Part shown: positions 37,512-47,800 of the stretch, piece by piece | How the letters are laid out: each line of letters begins with the position of its first letter | How positions within the stretch are numbered: the stretch's first letter is position 1 | Assembly: GCA_027343785.1 (NCBI GenBank) | Contig: DAHWKF010000022.1 | Span: forward strand, 993 to 64,992 | Reading direction: 5' to 3' | DNA: 64,000 bases | Source: Leptospirillum sp. | GTDB taxonomy: Bacteria > Nitrospirota > Leptospirillia > Leptospirillales > Leptospirillaceae | Notes under the pieces: generated by a model | What the model was told of the DNA's origin: nothing | The model's database searches: none | The model's input: only the letters and a program-made list of their open reading frames with translations | Translations under genes and position numbers: made by a program

Positions 37512-39743
37512 TTGGATTCTCCGGGCGGACGTTCCGGACCGTTGATCACGGAAACGTCAGGGCGCAGCCTCCAGGAAAACGAAAAGAAGGAAATACGGAC
37601 CGTTCTAGACCGTTTGTCCCGCATTCTGCCCGGATTTGTCGCCCGGCCTGGTCAACGCAAAATGATCGCCGAAGTTGCCAGGACGTTTTCGAGGTGCCGG
37701 GAAGAAGGGGATCCTCCCTCCGCAGGAGAGAATATCGCCGTGATTCAGGGACCGACCGGCACCGGCAAGACCATGGCCTACCTGATTGCGGGGATCGTGC
37801 TCGCAAGGAGCCGGGGAAAAACCCTGATTGTCTCGACGGCGACGGTCTCGCTTCAGGAACAGCTTTTTATGAAGGATCTTCCTGTATTGGCGAACGCGCT
37901 GGATCCCCCTCCGGTTTTTGAACTGGCCAAAGGGAGAGGTCGATATCTCTGCGAAAGAAATCTTTTAAATCTTACGGATGGCCAGTCTTCCGGTGCCGCC
38001 TCCTGGCGGCATCCCCCTACGCGGGCGCAACTGGATATGCTAGACCGGCTAAAAGACGATTTTCCCCTTCTCTGGGACGGTGATCGGGACCATGCGCCAC
38101 TTCCTGTCCCGGATGCCCTCTGGGGCCTGATCAACAATCAGTCCTCCAGTTGTACGGGGAAAAAGTGCCCCCTCTACTCCCGCTGCCCTTTCTTCCTGAG
38201 AAAAGATGCCCAAAGCCGGGCAGATATTGTCGTTGCCAACCATGACCTTGTTTTGTCGGACCTGGTCTTGGGAGGGGGCATTCTTCTCCCTTCCCCCGAA
38301 AAGTCCTTTCTCGTGTTTGATGAAGGCCACCATCTTCCCTCAAAGAGTCTTTCCCACTTCCGGGAAGGGATCGATCTGGAGGGTTTTTTGTCATGGGTGG
38401 AGCGTGTTCCGTCGACCCTCTCCAGAATGTCCGGATTCCTCGATGCAAAAGAACGGCAACGGTCTTGCAACGAAGAGGCGGAATCCCTTTCGGAATCCAT
38501 CCAGTCTCTTTCCGTATGGTTGTCGGAGCACTGGAGCGGAAAATCGTTTGGCCGGACCCCGGAAACAGACACCGGTCATTCCGGGGATCTGTTCAGGGGG
38601 AACAAGGACAGCACCCTGTGGAGGTTTCCGCAGGGGAAAATTCCGGACGACCTCCGTCGACCTGCGGCGATCGGGAGCCAGGCCGCAAAACAGCTTCTGG
38701 AAAAAATCCAGTCCGCCCGTGACCGCCTCTCCGACGTCCCCGCGGGGAGCGATGTCCGTCGTTCCAGAGAGCGGGACAACCTTTTCCAGGATCTGGGGAC
38801 GCTCCTGGAAAAGATGTCTGACGCATACCGTCTTCTCAGTCTGTTTGGCCTGTCAGACCCGGAAAATGAGGCTCCCGTGGCGCGATGGGCCCAGGAATGG
38901 TCGGATGCAGGGATCAAAAACCACCGTCTGGAAGCGAGTCCCGTCTGGGCCGGAAAAATTCTCGACACCGTTCTGTGGAACCGCGTTTCCGCTTCCTGCG
39001 TTACCTCCGCTACCCTGATGGCATTGGGGGCTTTTGATTCTTTTTCGTCCCGTTGCGGTCTCTCCGATTTTGCAAAAACCTCTTTTCTGTCGCTTCCCTC
39101 CCCTTTTCCGCTTGAAATGCAGGGAGTCCTGTCCATCCCCGCCATGCGATCGGATCCTTCCGAGGCACAGGAACACACACGGGAAATGATCGACCTTCTT
39201 CCCGATATCCTGCTTCCGTCGGAAGGATCCCTGGTGCTTTTTTCCTCCCGTCGCCAGATGGAAACGGTCCGTCAGGGGATGCCGGTGCAGTGGAGAGACA
39301 AGATTCTTGTTCAGGGTGAAAAACCTCGGAGGGAGATTCTGGAACTCCACGAACGACGCATACAAGCCGGAGAAGGATCGGTCATATTCGGGCTTTCATC
39401 CTTCTCGGAAGGTCTGGATCTCAGAGGGGATCTGTGTACCCATGTCGTGATCGCCAAGATTCCCTTCCCGGTTCCGACGGAACCGGTCGAGGAAACGCTG
39501 GCGGAATGGATCCGTTCCCGGGGGGGAGATCCTTTCCGGGAAATCGCGCTACCGGAAGCGGGACTGCGCCTTGTGCAGGCGGCCGGAAGGCTGATCCGCT
39601 CGGAAACCGATCGGGGAAAACTGACGATCCTCGACAAAAGGCTCATGGAAAAAAGGTATGGACCCGGTCTTCTCCGTTCGCTGCCCCCGTTTCGTCGGGA
39701 ATATCCACAGCCCGACAGGATCAGGGGCATGGGAATATCATGA
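37512..39743 (+). CDS. dinG: ATP-dependent DNA helicase DinG
   Basis: GPTGTGKT, KGRGRYLC, Fe-S cysteines, DEGHH, QAAGRLIR. Confidence 0.92.
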   Translation: MDSPGGRSGPLITETSGRSLQENEKKEIRTVLDRLSRILPGFVARPGQRKMIAEVARTFSRCREEGDPPSAGENIAVIQGPTGTGKTMAYLIAGIVLARSRGKTLIVSTATVSLQEQLFMKDLPVLANALDPPPVFELAKGRGRYLCERNLLNLTDGQSSGAASWRHPPTRAQLDMLDRLKDDFPLLWDGDRDHAPLPVPDALWGLINNQSSSCTGKKCPLYSRCPFFLRKDAQSRADIVVANHDLVLSDLVLGGGILLPSPEKSFLVFDEGHHLPSKSLSHFREGIDLEGFLSWVERVPSTLSRMSGFLDAKERQRSCNEEAESLSESIQSLSVWLSEHWSGKSFGRTPETDTGHSGDLFRGNKDSTLWRFPQGKIPDDLRRPAAIGSQAAKQLLEKIQSARDRLSDVPAGSDVRRSRERDNLFQDLGTLLEKMSDAYRLLSLFGLSDPENEAPVARWAQEWSDAGIKNHRLEASPVWAGKILDTVLWNRVSASCVTSATLMALGAFDSFSSRCGLSDFAKTSFLSLPSPFPLEMQGVLSIPAMRSDPSEAQEHTREMIDLLPDILLPSEGSLVLFSSRRQMETVRQGMPVQWRDKILVQGEKPRREILELHERRIQAGEGSVIFGLSSFSEGLDLRGDLCTHVVIAKIPFPVPTEPVEETLAEWIRSRGGDPFREIALPEAGLRLVQAAGRLIRSETDRGKLTILDKRLMEKRYGPGLLRSLPPFRREYPQPDRIRGMGIS

Positions 39744-40645
39744 CGCACGACCAGATTCGGATCTTTCTCAAGGTGGCAGAACTCGGGAGCTTTACCCAGG
39801 CGGGAGAGACCCTTTTTTTGACCCAGCCGGCGATCAGCCTCCAGGTCAAAACCCTTGAGCAGGATCTGGGAGTTTCCTTGTTTGAGAGGAAAGGTCGCCA
39901 GGTCCTGCTCACAGAGGCAGGCGTCCGTCTCGTTCCCCACGCCCGACGCATCATGGAGGAGATCTCCGACGCCCGCGCGCGGGTCGCCGAGCTGTCGAGC
40001 GGACCATTGGGAAACCTGCGGATCGGTTCTTCGACGACCATTGGAACGGCGATTCTTCCCCCGATCCTGTTCCGGTTCACCCGGCAATATCCGCAAATCC
40101 GGACGAGCCTGTCGATCCTGAACACCCACCGGATCGTCTTTGACCTGAAAACGTCCGAAATCGATATCGGATTTATCGAAGGCGACCTGACCCGGACAGA
40201 ATCCCAGGGGGTGTCCCGCTCTTTTTTGGCTCAAGACCGACTCGTGCTGCTGGATTCCCTGAAAACGCCCCTGATACGGAAAGAGGAGACGTCGCTGGAG
40301 GAAATACGCCATCTTCCGCTGATCCTTCGCGAACCCGGTTCGGGTACGCGGCAGGTGCTGGAAGACGCGCTACTCGACCGGGGTTTGCCGCTGGATCTCT
40401 TCACGATTGCCCTGACGGTGGGACATACCGGGGTGATCAAGGAACTTGTCGGAATGGGGGCGGGGATCGCCTTTATGTCGGTCCTGGCAATCAACCAGTC
40501 GGACAGGGAAAAAATCCGGATGGTCCGGGTCAGGGATTTTTCTCCGGTCCGGGATCTCTGGATTGTCACACCCGGGAGAAGAATGAGCTCGGGCGCGCGC
40601 CATTTTCTGGATAGCGTCCGTGAGTGGACAGACCGGAAGGAATGA
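39740..40645 (+). CDS. LysR-family regulator (CysL-like)
   Basis: SFTQAGETLFLTQPAISLQVKTLE, REPGSGTR. Confidence 0.92.
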   Translation: MTHDQIRIFLKVAELGSFTQAGETLFLTQPAISLQVKTLEQDLGVSLFERKGRQVLLTEAGVRLVPHARRIMEEISDARARVAELSSGPLGNLRIGSSTTIGTAILPPILFRFTRQYPQIRTSLSILNTHRIVFDLKTSEIDIGFIEGDLTRTESQGVSRSFLAQDRLVLLDSLKTPLIRKEETSLEEIRHLPLILREPGSGTRQVLEDALLDRGLPLDLFTIALTVGHTGVIKELVGMGAGIAFMSVLAINQSDREKIRMVRVRDFSPVRDLWIVTPGRRMSSGARHFLDSVREWTDRKE

Positions 40646-41637
40646 AATCCGTGGCCGAAATCGGAGAAAGGAAAACGGCGGCGAAGACCGTATGGTTGAA
40701 AGAGGTATCCATCCGTCATCTGGGAGCCTTCAGGGACCTGGTTCTGGACCTGGGGCCCGGAATCAACCTCCTGACAGGCATGAACGGAACAGGAAAAACG
40801 CATTTTCTGAAATGGGTTTTCAGCGGACTGACCGCCCCCGCGGACGGACCGCTGGAACCCCATTTTTCCCGAAATTTTTTCCCTCCCGCTGTCTCCCCGG
40901 CCCTCCTTGTCTTTCGGGAACGTCAAATCCGGTCCGGCTTTCTTTCTCTGAAAAGCTCGGACGGTCTTGTCCGCGGTTTTCATATCGAAAAAACCGGACA
41001 AGGCCTGAAGGACGTCCGGATTATCCGGGAAAAGCCCGACATCCCATCCGAGCCTTTTTCCGGAAAAGTCTTTTATTTTCCTTTCGACGGTTCTTTCCCT
41101 GAAATCAGGAAGAATCCGGGCCATTATCGGTCGCTTCTCCTCCGTCGGATCGAAAAATCGGTTCCCGGTCGGTTGGTCCTCAGGGGAGGGCGATGGTGGC
41201 TCAAAAACGCAAGGGGGTGGGCCGAATGGGAACAGGTCACCCCCGCAACGCGTCAGATGGCGATGCTTTCTCTCATATTGCGGCAAGGAATGCTGAAACA
41301 AGGCTCCCTGCTTTTATGGGACACGCCGGAAGGGGTGTTTGGGCCCGTTTTGGCCGGGGAGTTTGCCGGAATCCTGGTTGATCTGGCAAGAAAAGGGATC
41401 CAGTCCTTGGTTGCGACCCGCGACTATGTGCTTCAGAAAGAGGTCGATCTTCATCAAGAAAAGGCAGTTCCTCCCGTACGGTTTCACGGATTTTTTCGTG
41501 ACGACCGTCAGGACAAGGTTTCCGTCGAATCTTCGGACCATCTGTCGGGACTCGTCCATAACCCCGCGTTGGACACATTTCGGAGCCTGTTTGATCGCGA
41601 CATTGAACGGGCGATAGCCGGAAAATGGTCTCCATGA
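40642..41637 (+). CDS. AAA_15/AAA_21-type ABC ATPase with degenerate motifs
   Basis: GINLLTGMNGTGKT; LLWDTPE; VATRDY. Confidence 0.72.
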   Translation: MKSVAEIGERKTAAKTVWLKEVSIRHLGAFRDLVLDLGPGINLLTGMNGTGKTHFLKWVFSGLTAPADGPLEPHFSRNFFPPAVSPALLVFRERQIRSGFLSLKSSDGLVRGFHIEKTGQGLKDVRIIREKPDIPSEPFSGKVFYFPFDGSFPEIRKNPGHYRSLLLRRIEKSVPGRLVLRGGRWWLKNARGWAEWEQVTPATRQMAMLSLILRQGMLKQGSLLLWDTPEGVFGPVLAGEFAGILVDLARKGIQSLVATRDYVLQKEVDLHQEKAVPPVRFHGFFRDDRQDKVSVESSDHLSGLVHNPALDTFRSLFDRDIERAIAGKWSP

Positions 41638-42323
41638 TGGTCCAGGAAGGCGATTTCGCGCTGGATTTCTCCCGCGCCCTCCGATGGGAGCGGTTTGACC
41701 GGAAGGGAAGACAAATTCCCCAGGGTATGTCTTTTGTGGATTTCCTTGTGGAAGAATCCCGCCGGATCCTTCTGATCGAAATCAAGGATCCCTTTTGTCT
41801 TCATGAAGCGTCACCCATGTCCCATACACCGCCCCGAAAAGGAAACAGAAGAGTTCAGGAAGCGTTCCGGATGGATCGGATGATCCATCAGTCCCTCGTA
41901 CCGAAAATCCGGGACAGTTATACCTGGCTCCACCTGATGGAGCAAAGCGACAAGCCTTTTCTTTTCATTGTCCTCCTGGGTCTGGACTGCTTTTCCATCG
42001 ATATGTCCGGCATGCTCGTCGTGTTCAAGGACAGGCTTCTGTCCCGGATTCGCCGGGAGGACGCCGTTTCCTGGAAAATCCCATATGTACAGGACTGTCT
42101 CGTTCTGGATCCGTCTTCATTTCGCAGGAGCTTTCCGCAATACCCCCTGTTCCGGGTCGCCGAAGGTGGCGGGGGAGATGAGCCGGTGCAAGAAATCTGT
42201 TACAATAATCCAAAAGGCCCCGTTCTGTCCGGACAGGAGAGTCGGCAAGTCGTTCTGTCCGCCCGGTCCGGCAATCTTCGGGGGGCGATGAAAAACAACA
42301 AGGAGAGAAACGATGTTCGGTGA
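41634..42323 (+). CDS. Hypothetical protein with PD-(D/E)xK-like motif
   Basis: VDFLVE...LLIEIKDP; ATGA-coupled to the ATPase. Confidence 0.6.
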   Translation: MMVQEGDFALDFSRALRWERFDRKGRQIPQGMSFVDFLVEESRRILLIEIKDPFCLHEASPMSHTPPRKGNRRVQEAFRMDRMIHQSLVPKIRDSYTWLHLMEQSDKPFLFIVLLGLDCFSIDMSGMLVVFKDRLLSRIRREDAVSWKIPYVQDCLVLDPSSFRRSFPQYPLFRVAEGGGGDEPVQEICYNNPKGPVLSGQESRQVVLSARSGNLRGAMKNNKERNDVR

Positions 42324-43017
42324 TGCAAGAGGTCAGAACCCCTTTGGGGGCAATGTTGTGGAAAGTCTTCCGGGCCGCGCTGTCCTGGGACAGTTCATGG
42401 TCAAGGTCTACGGCCTTCTGGCCCTGACGCTCATGGTTTCGGCCGCTGCGGCCGTCTGGGGCATGGGAGCAGGATTGCCGGTGTTTGTCGGCCATCCGAT
42501 TCTTTTGACAATCGCCATGTTCGGAACGCTTTTCCTGTTGATGGCCGTCCAGCGCATACCTGTCGTGAACATGCTGGTCATGTTCTTTTTTGCCGGTCTG
42601 ATGGGAGCCTCCCTCGGGCCCATGCTGGCCCAGGCTGTCCGTCTCCCCGGAGGGGAGACCATGGTCGCGGACAGCCTTCTGATGACGACGGCGATCTTTT
42701 TTTCCCTGTCGCTTTACGCTCTGGTTTCCCGGAAAAGTTTTTCTTTCATGGGAAGCTTCCTGTTTACGGGGCTGATCATTGTGGTCATCATGTCTGTCGT
42801 CCAGATTTTCTGGCATCCGCTGTTCCTTCAGGCGCTTGTCGCCGGTATGGGAGCCCTGGTGTTTTCCGGGCTGATCCTTTTTGACACGGCCAGGATTCTG
42901 CAATCAGCGGAAGGGGAGATGACTCCGGTCATGGCTGTTGTGACGCTTTATCTGGATATCCTGAACCTGTTCATTTCACTTTTACGGATTTTCGAGCTGT
43001 TCCGGGGGGAGGAGTGA
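42313..43017 (+). CDS. Bax inhibitor-1/YccA membrane protein
   Basis: About 7 TM; LILFDT, LYLDILNLFISLLRI. Confidence 0.92.
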   Translation: MFGDARGQNPFGGNVVESLPGRAVLGQFMVKVYGLLALTLMVSAAAAVWGMGAGLPVFVGHPILLTIAMFGTLFLLMAVQRIPVVNMLVMFFFAGLMGASLGPMLAQAVRLPGGETMVADSLLMTTAIFFSLSLYALVSRKSFSFMGSFLFTGLIIVVIMSVVQIFWHPLFLQALVAGMGALVFSGLILFDTARILQSAEGEMTPVMAVVTLYLDILNLFISLLRIFELFRGEE

Positions 43018-43055
43018 TCTCCTCCTCGCCGGCCTGACGTCTGGAAAGGGCGCGC

Positions 43056-43988
43056 ATGTTGAAAGAATCTCGCTGGATTTGGATGGACGGTGCCCTGGTC
43101 CCCTGGAAAGAGGCCAATGTTCATGTCCTTACCCATTCCCTCCATTATGCAATGGCGGTTTTTGAAGGGGTCCGGGCGTATGACGGACCGCATGGCACAC
43201 ATATATTCCGTCTGAAGGAACATACCGACCGGTTGATCAACTCCGGAAAGGTGATGCACATGTCCTCCCCCTTCACTGCGGCCGAGCTGATGGATGCGAC
43301 TGTCGAGACGGTCGCGCAAAACGGCCTGACTTCCTGTTATATCCGTCCGATCATGTATGTCGGTTATGGCGACATGGGAATTTATGCCCGAGAGAATCCT
43401 ATCCGGGTTTCCATTGCAGCCTGGGAATGGGGGACCTACCTGGGAGAGGAAGGCCTGTCACGGGGAATCCGTGCGAAGGTCAGCTCCTACCAGAGGTTCG
43501 GTGTCAATTCCTTTTTGAACAGGGCGAAGGTGTCAGCACATTATGTCAATTCCCAGCTTGCCAAGTGGGAAGTCAAGATGGCCGGTTACGACGAGGCTAT
43601 CCTTCTGGATCATGAAGGATTTGTGGCCGAGGGACCGGGAGAAAACATTTTTATCGTCTCGGACGGCGTCCTGCGGACACCCGTTTTGAAGACCGTTCTG
43701 GACGGCATTACCCGGGACGCGATCATCACGCTGGCGCGGGAAGAAGGTATTCCCGTGTCGGAAGAGATGATGACGAGAGACGATCTTTATCTTGCCGATG
43801 AAGCCTTTTTTACGGGGACCGCGGCGGAAATCACGCCCATCAGGGAGATTGACGAACGGATGATCGGTACGGGGAAGCCGGGTCCGGTGACTCTTAAGCT
43901 CCAGAAGGCCTTCTTTGACATCGTCCGGGGGATTTCTCCTCTCCATCCGGAATGGCGACATCCGGTCAAGGGATCAAAAGGCCGGTAG
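43056..43988 (+). CDS. ilvE: Branched-chain amino acid aminotransferase
   Basis: HSLHY..VFEG, EGPGENIF, LDGITR, TGTAAEITP. Confidence 0.95.
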   Translation: MLKESRWIWMDGALVPWKEANVHVLTHSLHYAMAVFEGVRAYDGPHGTHIFRLKEHTDRLINSGKVMHMSSPFTAAELMDATVETVAQNGLTSCYIRPIMYVGYGDMGIYARENPIRVSIAAWEWGTYLGEEGLSRGIRAKVSSYQRFGVNSFLNRAKVSAHYVNSQLAKWEVKMAGYDEAILLDHEGFVAEGPGENIFIVSDGVLRTPVLKTVLDGITRDAIITLAREEGIPVSEEMMTRDDLYLADEAFFTGTAAEITPIREIDERMIGTGKPGPVTLKLQKAFFDIVRGISPLHPEWRHPVKGSKGR

Positions 43989-43991
43989 GGG

Positions 43992-46613
43992 GTGATGCTC
44001 CCCCCATCCGGGCGTAAGGGGAAAGCGGCAGGTCCTCCGGACTGGGCCCGGGAACTTCCGCCGGGAACTCTGGTGTTGATGGACGGCTTCGGATACATAT
44101 TCCGGGCTTATTTCAGCCGGGTAGATTTCATGACGCGCTCGGGCATTCCGACGGGGGCCGTCACCGTCTTCGGAAACATGCTGCTTTCGGTACTGAAGGA
44201 ACTCTCACCCGCCGCCATGGCGGTTGTTTTCGAGAGCCGGACGGGCAACATCCGGTCCGAGATCCTCCCCGATATCAAGGCCAACCGGCCTGAGCCCCCC
44301 CAGGACTTCCTTCAACAGATCCCCTATATCGAACGACTGATCCGGGCACTGGGTGTCCCTCTCCTGTCGACGGACGGCTATGAGGCAGACGACACGATAG
44401 CCGCTCTTGCTTCTCAGTGGCTTTTGAATGCGGACAGGACGAACATGCCGGCGCATGTCGTGATTTTGTCCTCGGACAAGGACCTTCTGACCCTGGTATC
44501 CGAGCGGGTCTGGGTCTATGATCCGATGACCCGGAACGTTTTGCGTCCGGCGGACGTTTTTGGAAAATGGGGGGTGCGCCCCGAGCAAATTCCGGACCTT
44601 CTGGCGCTCACGGGCGATGCATCCGACAATATTCCGGGTGTTCCCGGGATCGGTCAAAAGACGGCTGCCAAGCTTCTTGAAGGAGGGAAGACGATCGAAG
44701 ACCTTTATGCGGACCTTGAAAAAATGCCGGCCGGAAGAATCCGGACATTGCTCGAGGAACATCGTGATAGGGTGGTCCGGAACAAGAAGGTCACGATCCT
44801 GCATACGGACATGCATCTTTCCGCTGGACCCGACGGTCTTGCCCTGTCTCCACCCCATCCGGAGGATTTGAGGTCTCTTCTGCAAGAGCTCGAAGCGTCC
44901 GGACTTCTGTCCCGGGCCCAAAAATGGATAGAAGAACGGGAAGCCCGGAAAGACCCGTCGGCATTGCCCGCGCGGAAAACACCGGGCTCTTCGCCGGACC
45001 CCGCCACGGATCTTCCCGTCATTCCTGGTTGTCCCGACGCCGGTATCGATCTGGTCAAGGGGGAAGGCGTATGGCTTCACGACGGAGAGGAGGCCAGATT
45101 TTTTTTGCTCTCCCATCGGGAAGATCTCCTTTCGGAGATTGCCCGATGGGAGACTTCCGGCAGGCCGCAGTGGGTGTTTGACCAGACGCTCCTCTATCGC
45201 GAATGTCCCGAGTTTTTTCCGGCAGAAGCCCATGTCGCGTTTGATCTGACCCTGGCCGCATATCTTCTTGATCCTGGCCATCGGGAATATGTTCCGGAAA
45301 GTATTGCAGCCCGCTTTTTCCTTGATGAGACTTCCGACCGCCCGCGCCTTGTCCGGCTGATTCTTTCGAAATTGTGGGAGCAAACGTCCAGGGAAGGCCT
45401 TTTGGATTTGTTGCAGCAGATCGAAATCCCTCTGGGGAGGCTCCTTTACAGGATGGAGGTTTCCGGTATCCGAATCGACCAGGGGGCTCTGGAAGAAGCC
45501 CGTGAAAAAATCGAAGGTGCGGCGGCGGAACTGGAGGAGGAAATTTACCGTCTGGCGGGCACCCGATTTACGATCCTTTCTCCCCGGCAGGTGGCCGATG
45601 TCCTTTACGGGAAGCTGGGACTTCCGACGGCCAGAAAGGGGAAGACGGGATTTTCGACCGACGAAGAGACACTGGCCGGTTTGTCCGGCCTCCACCCCCT
45701 CCCGGAAAAGATTCTCTCATACAGGCAGATGAAGAAACTGCTCTCGACCTATGTGGACCCTATTTCCCGGGGAATCGACGAACGCGGACGTCTTCACGGC
45801 CAGTTCAACCAGACGGTCACGGCGACCGGAAGACTTTCCTCCTCCAACCCCAATCTTCAGAATATTCCGATGCGCAGTTCGGTGGGACGGGAAATCCGGA
45901 AATGCTTTGTTGCAGAGGAAGGCAAGCTTCTGTTGTCGGCCGATTATTCCCAGATCGAGCTCAGGCTTCTCGCCCACTTCTCCGAGGATCCGGAACTGAT
46001 GGCCGTTTTCGGGAGGAACGACGATATCCATGCGGGAACAGCGCGCCTCCTGTTTGGGGATCCGGTGACGCCGGACACCCGCCGCAAAGCCAAGACGATC
46101 AACTTCGGGATACTCTATGGGATGTCGGCGTTCAGCCTTTCCCAGGATCTGGGAGTTTCACCGGAAGAGGCGCAGCATTTCATTGACCGCTATTTTGGCG
46201 CGTTTCCCCAGGTGGGCCCGTTCTTCCAAAAGGTGCTGGAAGAGGCCAGGAAAACGGGAGAAGTCAGGACCATTCTGGGAAGAAAAAGAAAAATTCCGGA
46301 ATTGGGTTCTTCGAACAGAAGGAGTCGGGAATATGGCGAACGGATGGCCGTGAACACAGTCCTGCAGGGGTCTGCAGCGGACCTGATCAAGAAATCCATG
46401 GTGGATTTTGCCCGTATACACCGGGATCGTCCGGATGTCGGAGATTTGCTGATCCAGGTCCATGACGAGCTACTGTTCGAGGTTTCGAAAGATGTTCTGG
46501 AAGAATCTTCCAGGACGATCCGCACGGTGATGGAAAGTGCGCTGGCGCTGAAAGTTCCGCTGGTTGTGCAGGTCGGTTATGGAAAAAATTGGGTGGATGC
46601 CCATCCGGGATGA
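43992..46613 (+). CDS. polA: DNA polymerase I
   Basis: YEADD, GDASDNIPGVPGIG, TGRLSSSNPNLQNIP, ADYSQIELR, QVHDEL. Confidence 0.97.
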   Translation: MMLPPSGRKGKAAGPPDWARELPPGTLVLMDGFGYIFRAYFSRVDFMTRSGIPTGAVTVFGNMLLSVLKELSPAAMAVVFESRTGNIRSEILPDIKANRPEPPQDFLQQIPYIERLIRALGVPLLSTDGYEADDTIAALASQWLLNADRTNMPAHVVILSSDKDLLTLVSERVWVYDPMTRNVLRPADVFGKWGVRPEQIPDLLALTGDASDNIPGVPGIGQKTAAKLLEGGKTIEDLYADLEKMPAGRIRTLLEEHRDRVVRNKKVTILHTDMHLSAGPDGLALSPPHPEDLRSLLQELEASGLLSRAQKWIEEREARKDPSALPARKTPGSSPDPATDLPVIPGCPDAGIDLVKGEGVWLHDGEEARFFLLSHREDLLSEIARWETSGRPQWVFDQTLLYRECPEFFPAEAHVAFDLTLAAYLLDPGHREYVPESIAARFFLDETSDRPRLVRLILSKLWEQTSREGLLDLLQQIEIPLGRLLYRMEVSGIRIDQGALEEAREKIEGAAAELEEEIYRLAGTRFTILSPRQVADVLYGKLGLPTARKGKTGFSTDEETLAGLSGLHPLPEKILSYRQMKKLLSTYVDPISRGIDERGRLHGQFNQTVTATGRLSSSNPNLQNIPMRSSVGREIRKCFVAEEGKLLLSADYSQIELRLLAHFSEDPELMAVFGRNDDIHAGTARLLFGDPVTPDTRRKAKTINFGILYGMSAFSLSQDLGVSPEEAQHFIDRYFGAFPQVGPFFQKVLEEARKTGEVRTILGRKRKIPELGSSNRRSREYGERMAVNTVLQGSAADLIKKSMVDFARIHRDRPDVGDLLIQVHDELLFEVSKDVLEESSRTIRTVMESALALKVPLVVQVGYGKNWVDAHPG

Positions 46614-46643
46614 CCGGAGGGGCGGATACAGAAAGGCCAGTGG

Positions 46644-47336
46644 ATGGTAATTCAGGGAAGTCTGGATCGGCATGCTCTTCTGGAGGGCATGAACCTGTCA
46701 CTCTTGGGTCTGGGGATCGGGACCGCCTTTCTCGCGATCCTGATCGCCGCGATCGGGACAGGATTCATCATCCGGAAAGTCCGGGGGACGGAATCGGAAG
46801 ACCGGGTCAAAAAATGGGCCCGGATCGGCTGGGCCGGTCTCGTGATTTATCTGGCCATCTATGTCGGCTACTTCTTCCATCTGAGCTCTCCCCGCAAGGT
46901 TCCTTATCCTTTTGCTCCGGGCGACAGGCTGGTCGCGAAAGGGGATTTTAACGGGGCCATCCGTTTTTACGGCAAGATCGTAAAAGAGTACCCGCGTATG
47001 GGTCTGGCGCATTTCAAGCTCGGAATGGCGCTCCGGATGGTCAAGGCTATCGGTCCGTCGATAAAGGAACTGAAAGCCGCCATACGGTATGATCCGGACC
47101 AGCCGGAACCCTATTTTGCCCTGGGCTCCATTCTCTGGACGCAGGGCACTTCCCGGGACGCGATGCCCTACTTCCGAAAGGGCCTGGAGCTCGATCCGCA
47201 GAACCGGCAACGATTGTTTTTCGAGAAAATCATCAAAAGGGGTGAACTGGAAGAAAAAGGGTTGCTGAAGCCGGGTTCCGACGGCCGTCCCCGTCTGTCT
47301 CCCCCGGCACCCGGAACGGTGGGGACGACACCATGA
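46644..47336 (+). CDS. Membrane-anchored TPR protein
   Basis: Two TM helices followed by TPR repeats. Confidence 0.75.
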   Translation: MVIQGSLDRHALLEGMNLSLLGLGIGTAFLAILIAAIGTGFIIRKVRGTESEDRVKKWARIGWAGLVIYLAIYVGYFFHLSSPRKVPYPFAPGDRLVAKGDFNGAIRFYGKIVKEYPRMGLAHFKLGMALRMVKAIGPSIKELKAAIRYDPDQPEPYFALGSILWTQGTSRDAMPYFRKGLELDPQNRQRLFFEKIIKRGELEEKGLLKPGSDGRPRLSPPAPGTVGTTP

Positions 47337-47800
47337 TCCTTCCGTTCCGAACGCGAATGACGATATTTATCGTGGCACTTCCGGGGATTCTGGATATATT
47401 CTGGATTATGGAACGATTTTTGGGGTTGCCGGTTCCGTTGAGGCATGCCGGTCTGATCGTTCCGGAAATCCTGCTTCTTGTGGCTCTGGTCGGTCTTGTC
47501 ATGTGGAGTTTCGTTGTTCGCTGGCTGCACAAGAAAGAAACGGTGATTCTGCTGTCCGTCTCCCTTGCGATGGCTGCGGGCGGCATCCTGAGGCTTTTCT
47601 GGATTGTCTGGTCTCCGATGGGAGACCCCCTTCTCAAGCCGCACCTCTTTGAAGCCGGCGGGCTTGTCACCGGTGCCTTGATCCTGGGGATAGAGGCTGA
47701 ATCCGGACGCCGGCATTTTGTCCGGATGGAAGAGAAGGCTCGTCATGCGGGGCAAGGTCTTTCCCCGGAACCGTCTTTCCGTCCGGACAAGACCAGATGA
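47333..47800 (+). CDS. Hypothetical membrane protein
   Basis: About 4 hydrophobic segments; ATGA overlaps on both sides. Confidence 0.6.
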   Translation: MILPFRTRMTIFIVALPGILDIFWIMERFLGLPVPLRHAGLIVPEILLLVALVGLVMWSFVVRWLHKKETVILLSVSLAMAAGGILRLFWIVWSPMGDPLLKPHLFEAGGLVTGALILGIEAESGRRHFVRMEEKARHAGQGLSPEPSFRPDKTR

